64,000 bases of DNA, taken from positions 1-64,000 of IMG/VR virus record IMGVR_UViG_2890725172_000001, one strand, 5' to 3'. Below are positions 36,732 to 45,197 of the stretch, in pieces. The stretch is from a virus (lineage: Duplodnaviria; Caudoviricetes). The notes beneath the pieces were generated by a model that saw only the letters and a program-made list of their open reading frames with translations, did not search any database and was not told the DNA's origin. Position 1 is the stretch's first letter. Every line of letters begins with the position of its first letter. A program made the position numbers and the translations under genes.

Positions 36732-37383
36732 AGACGTCCTTCGCCGAATTCGAGCAGCCCTAGATCAGGCTAACCACCGGAGTACACCGCGCGGTCAGGC
36801 CATCTCGGCGCTGGCGGTGGCGACGAAGCTAGCACAGCGCCTCGGTCTCGACGATCCCCGCCAGGCCGTGGTCGACGTCGCCTGGTACGAGATCAGCACA
36901 CGCGGCCAGCATCACCCCGAACGCGGCGAGGCTCTGTGGGAGGTCAGTGAGACTCTCGGCTGCCGTGCCGTGCTACATGGTCACCGGCGCCGGGATCGAC
37001 CGGCGCACCTGGAGCTGATCGGCCAGCCGCCGACGCTGGAATGGCTGTGTGATCGACTGCTTCCCTCGGTCTCCTTTCAGATGGAGATGCGCTTGATGGA
37101 GGAGCTTCTCCAGCGTCGTGGACAATCCCGTACCGACCGTACCGATTTTGTACGAGGATGGTATGGCGGCTGGGGGAGCGAGGTCGCCGAAGTGCTCCGG
37201 CTACGGGGCAGGGCTCGCGAAGTGACCGAGCTTGTCGACGCCGAATTTCGCAGGCGCCACCCACAGCTGCACCCCAACAGAACGATCTATTTCTCCCCCC
37301 AAGGGCATGCCCTCGGCCGACAGGCCGGTCAGGTGGTGGACCTCGGGGATCGAGTTCTCATAGAAGGCGACAACAGTGAGTGA
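36721..37383 (+). CDS. DUF2786-like protein
   Basis: VLRRIRAALDQA...A.KL..RLGL N-terminus; G..AG..VDLG C-terminus. Confidence 0.65.
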   Translation: MNREDVLRRIRAALDQANHRSTPRGQAISALAVATKLAQRLGLDDPRQAVVDVAWYEISTRGQHHPERGEALWEVSETLGCRAVLHGHRRRDRPAHLELIGQPPTLEWLCDRLLPSVSFQMEMRLMEELLQRRGQSRTDRTDFVRGWYGGWGSEVAEVLRLRGRAREVTELVDAEFRRRHPQLHPNRTIYFSPQGHALGRQAGQVVDLGDRVLIEGDNSE

Positions 37384-37780
37384 ATCGGAGCGGGAAAGGC
37401 CCGACGAATACAGGACGCCGATTGATGAGTTCATCGACAAAGCTCGTCGCGCTCAAGGGTTGAGCTGGAACGAACTCGTCGAAAAAGCAAGGATGACAAA
37501 ATCGGGCTTGATGTCCGTCCGCAATGGCGATACTCGATCCATTAGGCCGAAGACCTCTACTGGGCTCGACGATGCACTCGGCCTGCCGCGCGGAACAATC
37601 GAAAAGGTCTTTAAGGGAGACACTGCTATCGACATGAGTCCGAAGATCCTTACCGTACACTCCTCTGCGCGCATCAGCCCCGAAATGGCAATGCAGCTTC
37701 TAGAGCTCGCCAACAAGCACGGTCACGCTCTGATCATCAAGGACAACGCCAACACTGAGGAAGAGGGTCGAAATGAGTGA
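37376..37780 (+). CDS. XRE-family HTH protein
   Basis: RRAQGLSWNELVEKARMTKSGLMSVRNG...LDDALGLPRG. Confidence 0.8.
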   Translation: MSESERERPDEYRTPIDEFIDKARRAQGLSWNELVEKARMTKSGLMSVRNGDTRSIRPKTSTGLDDALGLPRGTIEKVFKGDTAIDMSPKILTVHSSARISPEMAMQLLELANKHGHALIIKDNANTEEEGRNE

Positions 37781-38060
37781 CGAGAAGAAGAAGTACACCA
37801 CGGTCGCCGGATCCGAATTCGACATGGCGTTCACGGTGGTGGTCCGCGTCAGGCAGACGGACGTGACGGGAGTCGACCGTCCGCATTACGAGATCGCGCA
37901 AGCGGCCCTGAATCACTTCAAGCACGCCCGGACCCTTCAGGTCGCGGCCCGCGCCGGAGAGAACATGCACCACGCCGGTTTCTACGAGATCGAGACGGTC
38001 GCGGTCCGCGCGGTTCAATTCCTTGATCTTCGGCGCGAGCTCCGAGAGGACGGGATGTAA
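37773..38060 (+). CDS. Hypothetical protein
   Basis: Coupled ORF. Confidence 0.6.
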   Translation: MSDEKKKYTTVAGSEFDMAFTVVVRVRQTDVTGVDRPHYEIAQAALNHFKHARTLQVAARAGENMHHAGFYEIETVAVRAVQFLDLRRELREDGM

Positions 38061-38064
38061 TTAC

Positions 38065-38418
38065 ATGGGTAAGGACCTGAGAAAGGACGCCGACGACTAC
38101 GCCCACGACTTCGTCGCGATCCTGAAGGAACGTATTCCCATTCTTCGTAGCGACGGTGGCTTGGCTCGGACCCTTCGCGATGCGGTGGAGAAGCACTACC
38201 TCGATCCCAACCCTGATCCTGACGCCATTATCGCCCTTCCCGAAGGCGGGTACGGCGTGTGGCAGGTAAGGACATTGCTGGAGGACGACGATAAACGACG
38301 TCTGAAAGTACTGGCTCAGGACTCAGAGGGCTGGCCGGTGCGACATGCTGACGAGCGCTACCTCAACGACGAGCTCGCGTATCTATGGAGCAAGATCCGA
38401 TCGGACGATCCGACGTGA
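38065..38418 (+). CDS. Hypothetical protein
   Basis: Operon ORF. Confidence 0.6.
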   Translation: MGKDLRKDADDYAHDFVAILKERIPILRSDGGLARTLRDAVEKHYLDPNPDPDAIIALPEGGYGVWQVRTLLEDDDKRRLKVLAQDSEGWPVRHADERYLNDELAYLWSKIRSDDPT

Positions 38419-38594
38419 GTACCCACGACAAGTGCAAGACGATCGCTGAGAATCCTGAAGGCGGCTATCTGATCTGTTATAAATCGCCTCACCCGAATAA
38501 CCCTGAGCACTATGATCCGAGCGAGGAAAAGCGGTGGACCGACGCCGAGATTCCCCCACTCGTCAAGAAGACAAAGAGACTGAGGAATCGATGA
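38415..38594 (+). CDS. Small hypothetical protein
   Basis: GTGA/ATGA coupling. Confidence 0.55.
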   Translation: MSTHDKCKTIAENPEGGYLICYKSPHPNNPEHYDPSEEKRWTDAEIPPLVKKTKRLRNR

Positions 38595-39064
38595 CCGATG
38601 ATCTGAGCCCTGGCTCCCACGCTTTGGCTGAAATTCTCAGCACCATGCCGGACAGCAGCGTTGAGGATGGACACGAGTACGTGTTCGTCTACAAGAAGAG
38701 AGGCCATGACCGGCTGCAACTCCTGGAGTCCGGCGAGAGCGGAGCTCAAGCTGTTTGGGCCCGTAAGGGCCGTAAGGGCCAGGGGCTCATTCTCCGGCGC
38801 CGCAAAACCATCGCCACGGTGTACGGGGAGTGGGAGACCGCTCCCCTAAACGATCTCGGGGAGATCGCCGACGACGAGGCCGCCGACAGGGTCGAGCTGT
38901 TCCTCCAACGACGAGCGGAGATGTCCGAGAGCGGTGCCCTCGACAAGAACCTCATCCACTCCCTCGACGGAAAGCCGGGCGACGACACGATATACGAGCT
39001 GACCATGGAAGATCTGTGGACGCTCGTGAATCGGAGCCGAGGAAATTGGGAGGTGTCTGAATGA
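38591..39064 (+). CDS. Hypothetical protein
   Basis: Coupled ORF. Confidence 0.65.
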   Translation: MTDDLSPGSHALAEILSTMPDSSVEDGHEYVFVYKKRGHDRLQLLESGESGAQAVWARKGRKGQGLILRRRKTIATVYGEWETAPLNDLGEIADDEAADRVELFLQRRAEMSESGALDKNLIHSLDGKPGDDTIYELTMEDLWTLVNRSRGNWEVSE

Positions 39065-39193
39065 TTGGCTGCAAATGCGGCGCCCGAACCTACAAGGGCC
39101 ACCTGAAGAAGTGCGCTGATGGTTACCCGGACCACGTCTACAAGGGAACCGATGTGTTTCGCATCAAGTTCGAGTACAAGGAGGACTAACCAA

Positions 39194-39670
39194 TTGACTG
39201 AGTGGATCAACGTCAGGGTCGTAACAGACAACAGTGTGGACTCGACGCACAGCTTCGAGCTCGACGTGCATCAGCGCCTCGTCGTTCATCGTGGAGGCAA
39301 ACTGCTGTTCACCATCCACGGCGCCATGCAGCAGCCGATCGTCCCGTTACGGCAGGACGAGAACGCCGGAGAATTCCGCACGATGGAGACCTTGTACCTG
39401 GTCAACCTCGTCACGGCGTTCGCCCTCGGCCTGTGGCGGGAAGAGCTCCAGGCCGCCAAGGCAGAACGGCCTGCCGACGTCAAGCCGACTCTGCTCGCGC
39501 AGGATGTGGTGGACAACCTGGAGCTTCGGCTGATGGAGGTCGCTGAGAAGTCTCAGGACATCGAAGAGGTTCGGCTGGCTTCCCGGATCCTGCCTCTGCT
39601 GGCGCCGAAAACCCGGCTCTACTGGCCCGCCGTCGCCGACGCGTTGGTCACCAACCTCAAGGAGAACTGA
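39194..39670 (+). CDS. Hypothetical protein
   Basis: GGAGG RBS, TTG start. Confidence 0.6.
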   Translation: MTEWINVRVVTDNSVDSTHSFELDVHQRLVVHRGGKLLFTIHGAMQQPIVPLRQDENAGEFRTMETLYLVNLVTAFALGLWREELQAAKAERPADVKPTLLAQDVVDNLELRLMEVAEKSQDIEEVRLASRILPLLAPKTRLYWPAVADALVTNLKEN

Positions 39671-39671
39671 C

Positions 39672-40037
39672 ATGCATCACAATCACGCCAGCTTCCCTCG
39701 CGACGACAAAGAGCCACTGATCATGCGGACCACCGACAAGGTCTGTGAGGTGCTCACCTGGTACAAGCTCGTCGAGGATTACGTCGAGACCATGAACGAC
39801 ATCTACGACGGCGTACGCGATGAGCACGACGTCCCTCGGTGGACGTACATGGCGCTGTTCCCCGGACCCGACGTCCTGCCGATTCTGTGCACCTTCGAGG
39901 GGCGCGAGCCGGTCGGCGACCACCCGGTCGGCACCCGGGACTTCTATCTGATGGGTCTGGTCGGCGGCCAGCACAAGGAGATGGCCGACCCGAACGGCAA
40001 GCCCATCATGTTCAGCTACATTCCCGCTGACGTCTGA
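39672..40037 (+). CDS. Hypothetical protein
   Basis: AAGGAG RBS. Confidence 0.6.
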   Translation: MHHNHASFPRDDKEPLIMRTTDKVCEVLTWYKLVEDYVETMNDIYDGVRDEHDVPRWTYMALFPGPDVLPILCTFEGREPVGDHPVGTRDFYLMGLVGGQHKEMADPNGKPIMFSYIPADV

Positions 40038-40090
40038 TCGCCTGTACCACTCCCGGGGCTTCGGTCCCGGGACACAGTAGAGGGATTCAG
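40034..40090 (+). repeat. Intergenic hairpin family C copy
   Basis: ctgatcgcctgtac-[hairpin]-gtagagggattcag. Confidence 0.65.
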
Positions 40091-40113
40091 CCGGAATTTC
40101 GAAGGGAGGCATT

Positions 40114-41184
40114 GTGCGTGATTTAGCGCTGGCAGCTGCCGAAGCGCGGCATGAACTGATTGTGCAGTACGGCTCCAGAGATGGCGTCTTGGACATGATG
40201 TCTCAGACGGGGGAATTCGTCACCAAGGGTGGCAAGGTCTACATCATGCGGGAGGCGTACGAGGCTGCCGAAAGGCTGGCGAAGGCTTATCTCCAGCATT
40301 TGTCGCTGGCTCAGCTGGTAGTCATCGATGATGACGTGTGCCAGCTTCTTGATCTGGCTGCGGGATCTATGCCCGATCAAGTACTGAACAGGCAGATGCC
40401 ACTCTTCCCGTACGGGTTCGCCTGGTTCGCTGATCCGCTGATCGGGCGCGACATCATCGTCATGGACGTCGAGAAGGAGGTTCCTGTTCGAGGAACAATC
40501 CCCCTTGAGGCGATGTCCTGGTCTTACATCAACGGTGATCACCTGATTACCGCCGCGACCGACTGTGGCCCTTCCATGGTGCTCACGACCTATGCGAGAA
40601 GGTCGGCCGTTGAGGCGATTCTGGATTCGGTTCCTGGCGCGAATACTCCGGTTGATGAGTACGCGGATGGTCTTCAGAGCGTGTCCACAACCGTCTGGTC
40701 GTTCGGTACGCCGACCGGGACTGCGTTCGGGAAGCGTCTTTCTGAGCTAAGCCACAATTTGACTATCGAGGAGCTGAGGGAGTCCGACATGGCCTTCACT
40801 CAGCGCCTGGCAGCAGCCATCTGGGCGCTTGGAAAGCAGCCGATCACCAGCACTGAAGAGGAAGTGCTGCCGCGTCACATGCGACGGCGGGCAGCACGAA
40901 TCGGCGTGACGGAATCCGAACGCCCCGTACAGATTCTCAAGCTTCGACAAAAGATGCCTGCGAAGGGTCCACGAACAGAGGGCAAACGCCACGTCGACTG
41001 GAAATCGCGCTGGCCGGTCAGCCTGCACTGGCGCAAACCGCGCGAAAACCAGAAGATTCAGGAGCCGACACTGATCTGGCCTTACATCAAGGGGCCGGAG
41101 GGTCTACCCATCAAGGGCTCTAGAAGGACTTTCGTACTGGACAACCCAGACGGCCTGACATTAGAAGATCTCAACGCAGAATGA
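40114..41184 (+). CDS. Hypothetical phage protein
   Basis: RWPVSLHWR...IWPYIKGPEGLPI C-terminal motif typical of actinophage proteins. Confidence 0.75.
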   Translation: MRDLALAAAEARHELIVQYGSRDGVLDMMSQTGEFVTKGGKVYIMREAYEAAERLAKAYLQHLSLAQLVVIDDDVCQLLDLAAGSMPDQVLNRQMPLFPYGFAWFADPLIGRDIIVMDVEKEVPVRGTIPLEAMSWSYINGDHLITAATDCGPSMVLTTYARRSAVEAILDSVPGANTPVDEYADGLQSVSTTVWSFGTPTGTAFGKRLSELSHNLTIEELRESDMAFTQRLAAAIWALGKQPITSTEEEVLPRHMRRRAARIGVTESERPVQILKLRQKMPAKGPRTEGKRHVDWKSRWPVSLHWRKPRENQKIQEPTLIWPYIKGPEGLPIKGSRRTFVLDNPDGLTLEDLNAE

Positions 41185-41969
41185 GTAGAAAGGTAGTTTC
41201 GGTGACCGATCCGAAAGATAATCCGACCCACGATAAGGACGTCGTCGTCCCCGTGGTCATGTCCAGCCGGGACTTCGAACTCCTGACCATGCAGTCCACA
41301 CTGTGGGCGACGAGTTACGAGGACACGTGGGCTGATCAGATCGAAGATGGTCGCTTCGAGGTCGTGATGGCTGAGGGGGAGGAGCCGCAGGCGCATTGGG
41401 AGACGGCCTTCTGGGTCGAGAACAACTGGGCCAATGTGCTGCTCGCCAAGTCGTGGCTGGCAGCCAACGGGTACGGCTATGAGGTCCTGGGGGACCTCAG
41501 GGATATCGACGAGGGGCATGCGCCGTTCGTCATCCTGTCGGACTTTGTGCCGGAGATCTGGCGCGAGGACCTGGCAAAGGTCAAGTCGGATCCGGTGCAA
41601 CAGTTCAAGGTCACCTACGTTCTCATCGACGGCCGAGAGAAAGCTCATGGAGTTCGCCGCCAGACCATCGAGGCCAAGGAATCGAAAGTCCCCTCGACGT
41701 TCTGGGATCAGTCGGACGAAACTCCAAACTCGGCTCGGCTCGTGGCGTGGCAGCCGGTCACGGACGGTGCTTTCCCTAGCGACCAGGATGTCTTCCAGAT
41801 CGCCTTCTCCTTCAAACAGGGCGGTCAGTTCGCGTGCGGGCATCCGAAGGTGAGTCATCTGTGGATGCTCGGCGACAATCCTGACGACGCCCTGGGAGCC
41901 TTCTGGCAGAAGGTGCGTACGGATCCGGCGCATGTCGAGATCCATGAGGTTTCTCGTGTCGGCGCCTAG
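41181..41969 (+). CDS. Hypothetical protein
   Basis: ATGA-coupled ORF. Confidence 0.65.
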   Translation: MSRKVVSVTDPKDNPTHDKDVVVPVVMSSRDFELLTMQSTLWATSYEDTWADQIEDGRFEVVMAEGEEPQAHWETAFWVENNWANVLLAKSWLAANGYGYEVLGDLRDIDEGHAPFVILSDFVPEIWREDLAKVKSDPVQQFKVTYVLIDGREKAHGVRRQTIEAKESKVPSTFWDQSDETPNSARLVAWQPVTDGAFPSDQDVFQIAFSFKQGGQFACGHPKVSHLWMLGDNPDDALGAFWQKVRTDPAHVEIHEVSRVGA

Positions 41970-42387
41970 TGCGCGGCAAGCGCCGAAGACTGCTGATGAC
42001 GTACGCCGGGTGCTGAACCAGCTTGTCGAGGATGCGCCGGAACGGACGGACTTCCGGCCGCCTGGCGCCTTGAGTGCTCGCTACGTAGACAACTCACGGC
42101 CTCACTCATTAGTGGGGCGCATCCTCCATTCGCTGGGTGTCTCGATCTCGACTCTGCGGCAGCTCGACCGCGAGCGAGAGGGCAACGACGTGACGCTGGT
42201 GGAGTCGAGGCACGCGATCAAGAACCACTTCACGCGGAGCGCCTGGCTGCTGCTGGTGCATCTCCAGCGGCTCAGCGACCAGGGCCTCAGGTGGGTCAAC
42301 ATCAAGGACGAGGCGCTCCAGCAGTTACCTGCCTCGGTCGGCGCCTCGACCATCGCGATCACGAGGCCGTGGCTGGTCGAGCCGTAG
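41932..42387 (+). CDS. Hypothetical protein (start uncertain)
   Basis: Operon ORF followed by a terminator. Confidence 0.6.
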   Translation: MSRSMRFLVSAPSARQAPKTADDVRRVLNQLVEDAPERTDFRPPGALSARYVDNSRPHSLVGRILHSLGVSISTLRQLDREREGNDVTLVESRHAIKNHFTRSAWLLLVHLQRLSDQGLRWVNIKDEALQQLPASVGASTIAITRPWLVEP

Positions 42388-42414
42388 CAATCGTGATCTA
42401 AGGGACATACCCTG

Positions 42415-42456
42415 AGCGCCCCCTGACCATATATGGTCAGGGGGCGCTTGGTTTTT
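42415..42456 (+). terminator. Perfect 34-bp palindrome, probable terminator
   Basis: agcgccccctgaccatatatggtcagggggcgct followed by tggttttt. Confidence 0.65.
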
Positions 42457-42479
42457 CACAGATGCTGAGGAGGCTTCTG

Positions 42480-43466
42480 ATGAGCGACCTTGCCGTTGTG
42501 ACGGAACCCGGGATCAGGATCACCGCGAGTCCGGCGCGGCTGTACCTCGCCAACCTGAACACCTACCAGTCCAGGCGGACCATGGAGGGGTGTCTTGAGG
42601 CGCTGGTGCGGATCTTCTCCGATGGCCAGCCGGTCGTGTACACGATCGATGACTTCCCGTGGGCTGATCTGGGTTACCAGGAGACCACGGCGGTGCGGGC
42701 TCGTCTGATCGAGCTCGGCCTGAGTCCCTCGACGGTGAACAAGTACCTGTCGGCACTGAGAGGAGTTTTGAAACAAGTCACGCTTCTCAATCCGAAGTCG
42801 CCTCAGGTCGCGGTGATCTCGGCGGCCCGTGAGGTCAAGAGCCTCCCGGTCAAGAAGCTCCCGGTCGGCCGTTACGTGCCGGTCGAGGAGATGGCGCTGC
42901 TGCTGGGGTCGTTCCTCGCTGAAAAGCGCCGGAAGGCTGTGCGAGATCTCGCTCTGGTCTCTCTGCTGTACGCGACAGGGGCGCGAGCAGCCGAGGGCGC
43001 CGGTATCGAGCTCGACGACTACGACCCTGCGACCGGCCACTTGCTGATTAATGGCAAGGGCGGCAAGGAGCGTGAGGTTCGTCTCCATCCGACCGCTATG
43101 GAGTACGTCGGCACGTGGCTGGAATTGCGCGGGGACATGCCTGGGGCATTGTTCCCGCAGGTGACCTACCACGGTGCCGTGGAGCTCTCCAGAGGCCGCG
43201 CTTTGGCATTCACGGGTCAGACGACCTGGGATATCGTGTCGAAGCGCAGCAGGCGTCTGGGCATCTACATGACGCCTCACGATATTCGGCGGACGCGGAT
43301 CAGCGACTTGTTCTTCCAGGGGGTTGACCCGGCGCTGATTATGAAGATCGTCGGTCACGACGACTTCAAGACGCTGATGGGTTACGACATGAGGCCGTTC
43401 GAAGCGGCGGCCGAGGCGATGGCGCAGCAGATCTGGGTCACGCCGATTCTGCCGATCGCGGCTTAG
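42480..43466 (+). CDS. XerC/D-like tyrosine recombinase
   Basis: TGARAAE, GKGGKER, PHDIRRT, VGH, GYD: complete R-K-HxxR-H-Y set. Confidence 0.9.
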   Translation: MSDLAVVTEPGIRITASPARLYLANLNTYQSRRTMEGCLEALVRIFSDGQPVVYTIDDFPWADLGYQETTAVRARLIELGLSPSTVNKYLSALRGVLKQVTLLNPKSPQVAVISAAREVKSLPVKKLPVGRYVPVEEMALLLGSFLAEKRRKAVRDLALVSLLYATGARAAEGAGIELDDYDPATGHLLINGKGGKEREVRLHPTAMEYVGTWLELRGDMPGALFPQVTYHGAVELSRGRALAFTGQTTWDIVSKRSRRLGIYMTPHDIRRTRISDLFFQGVDPALIMKIVGHDDFKTLMGYDMRPFEAAAEAMAQQIWVTPILPIAA

Positions 43467-43650
43467 GGGAGAAGTGGACAAGGAAGAAGGTGAGCCAGCC
43501 GTGGAACCGGATGATGAAGTCCACGGCTGTGGCCCGCAAGGCTGTCCAGAGTGCTACCGCAAATGGGAAGCATCCATCTACACGAAACGTGCAGTAAAGG
43601 AAAGCAGTACAGATGAAGGCTGTTAAGGCGGCTTTAGCGATCTGAGACGC

Positions 43651-43705
43651 AAAAAGGCCCACTGTCTGACCCTTGTTTCGGCAAGGACGGACAGTGGGCC
43701 TTTTT
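43651..43705. terminator. Bidirectional terminator
   Basis: aaaaaggcccactgtc...gacagtgggccttttt at the convergence of two operons. Confidence 0.8.
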
Positions 43706-43733
43706 GTGTTTCGGAGTCTTTCCGCGCGGAATT

Positions 43734-45197
43734 TCAGGCGGCGTATTTGATATCCTCGCCGACCACTTCGCCGTCGACGATACCGAGCTGTGCGGCCACG
43801 TCCTCGTCGCGGACGGGTTCGATCGCGCGGGTGGCGGCGGCGGCCTTCTCGCCGAACATACGGCTGAAGTAGCCTGCCTCGGCCGTGGCGCTCGGCATAT
43901 CGCCCTCGATGGTGATCTTGAAGGTGCTGCGGGCCTTGAGCATTCGCTGGAGCCGGTCGATCTCCGCGCTCACGTTCGGGTCGGGGTATCCGCCACCTGC
44001 GACTTCTTCGGTGAATCGGCCGTAGAGGACACGCTGGGTCTGTATTTCGATAAGGACGTCCTGGATCCGCGTGAGCTGTTCCTTGGTGCGCGCCGACACC
44101 GGGAGGTCGAAAGCGCATGTGCTGTCCGGCTCGTACTCGGGGCACTTCTCGCGCAGGAAGCAGGTGTCGCACTGGCGTTGCGATTCCGCTCGGTTGGAGA
44201 TGAGCGGAAGCGGCTGGAAGGTCTTGTTGCCGTCCTCGTCGAATGTCGAGATTTCCCGTGTTTCGACGCCGATTCCGGGGAGCAGACGGGTCTTCTCGCG
44301 ACGCTTGAGAGCGACGACATTTCCGTGTTCCGGCGCCGTCGTATCAAACGACTCAGAGGCGTTTTCCGTGTTAGCGCGTTGCGGGCTTTTCGGGGGTGTA
44401 TTTGATACACCGTTGATGCTGTTCATGTATTGGGTCCAGCTCCAGATGGAGAGCTTGAGGACCTCGGTCGTGTCGTCGGCGTTGATGAGCTCTGGGTCGA
44501 GGCCGAGGTCGAGGAAGAGGGCGCGATGGCGGGTTCGGGCCTGGTCCTTGTACTTGCGGGGGTAGCGCTTCAACTCTCCGGCGGCCCACACGATCGTGTC
44601 TCCGTACTGGCTGGGGCTTAGCCAGCTGGTCGAGGAGATCGACGACCAGGGGAGCGCGGCGATCGTCGTCGGCTTGGTCATGGCCAGGCCGTGAAGCTGT
44701 GTGTGGGCGGCGAGGGTGCGCAGCCTGTGCGTGATGTCCTGGCCATTGACGACCGTCGCGGTGACGCCGACACGCTGATGCTGCTCGGCGAGCTCGTAGA
44801 GCTTGTCCAGGCCGTCTTCGGGATGCCACACCGGCATGAACCGGTCCCCGGCGATCTGACGGAGGTTGGCGCTGGTTTGAGGCACGGAAGGAACGTCGAA
44901 ATCGACGACGATCTGTAGGTCGCCGACGTTCTTGGTGACGAAGTCGGTGTAGCCGATGGCGAGGTCGAGGACCTGCTGCTCGGTGTAGGCGTCGGGGTTC
45001 TTCCGGATGGTGTAGCCGCCGGAGTCGAGCAGGACCATGGTTTCGGCCGAGTATTTGTCAGCAACCAGCCAGGGCTTCTTGAAGGTGACGCGGCGGGCCA
45101 GGCCGAGGTAGCTGAGCGCCTGGTGGCGCACTCCCTGGTCAGTCAAGAGAGTGCGCCACGCGTTGAGTTCGGTGCCGCTGTAGTACAGGTCGGTCAC
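43734..45197 (-). CDS. TGT/DpdA-like transglycosylase-fold protein with C-terminal Cys4 domain
   Basis: LLDSGGYT, VDFD, MPVWH, LHGLA, SSTSW; CDTC...C...C. Confidence 0.6.
   Translation of the reverse strand: MTDLYYSGTELNAWRTLLTDQGVRHQALSYLGLARRVTFKKPWLVADKYSAETMVLLDSGGYTIRKNPDAYTEQQVLDLAIGYTDFVTKNVGDLQIVVDFDVPSVPQTSANLRQIAGDRFMPVWHPEDGLDKLYELAEQHQRVGVTATVVNGQDITHRLRTLAAHTQLHGLAMTKPTTIAALPWSSISSTSWLSPSQYGDTIVWAAGELKRYPRKYKDQARTRHRALFLDLGLDPELINADDTTEVLKLSIWSWTQYMNSINGVSNTPPKSPQRANTENASESFDTTAPEHGNVVALKRREKTRLLPGIGVETREISTFDEDGNKTFQPLPLISNRAESQRQCDTCFLREKCPEYEPDSTCAFDLPVSARTKEQLTRIQDVLIEIQTQRVLYGRFTEEVAGGGYPDPNVSAEIDRLQRMLKARSTFKITIEGDMPSATAEAGYFSRMFGEKAAAATRAIEPVRDEDVAAQLGIVDGEVVGEDIKYAA

Noticed and set aside
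22859-40090. Intergenic hairpins as integron attC sites or CRISPR repeats
   Set aside because: No RYYYAAC/GTTRRRY ends, several unrelated families, irregular spacing
13677-41184. bldA-type control through TTA codons near 5' ends (13677, 28379, 40114)
   Set aside because: TTA also occurs mid-gene in several lower-GC ORFs and the host genus is unknown, so there is no clear signal
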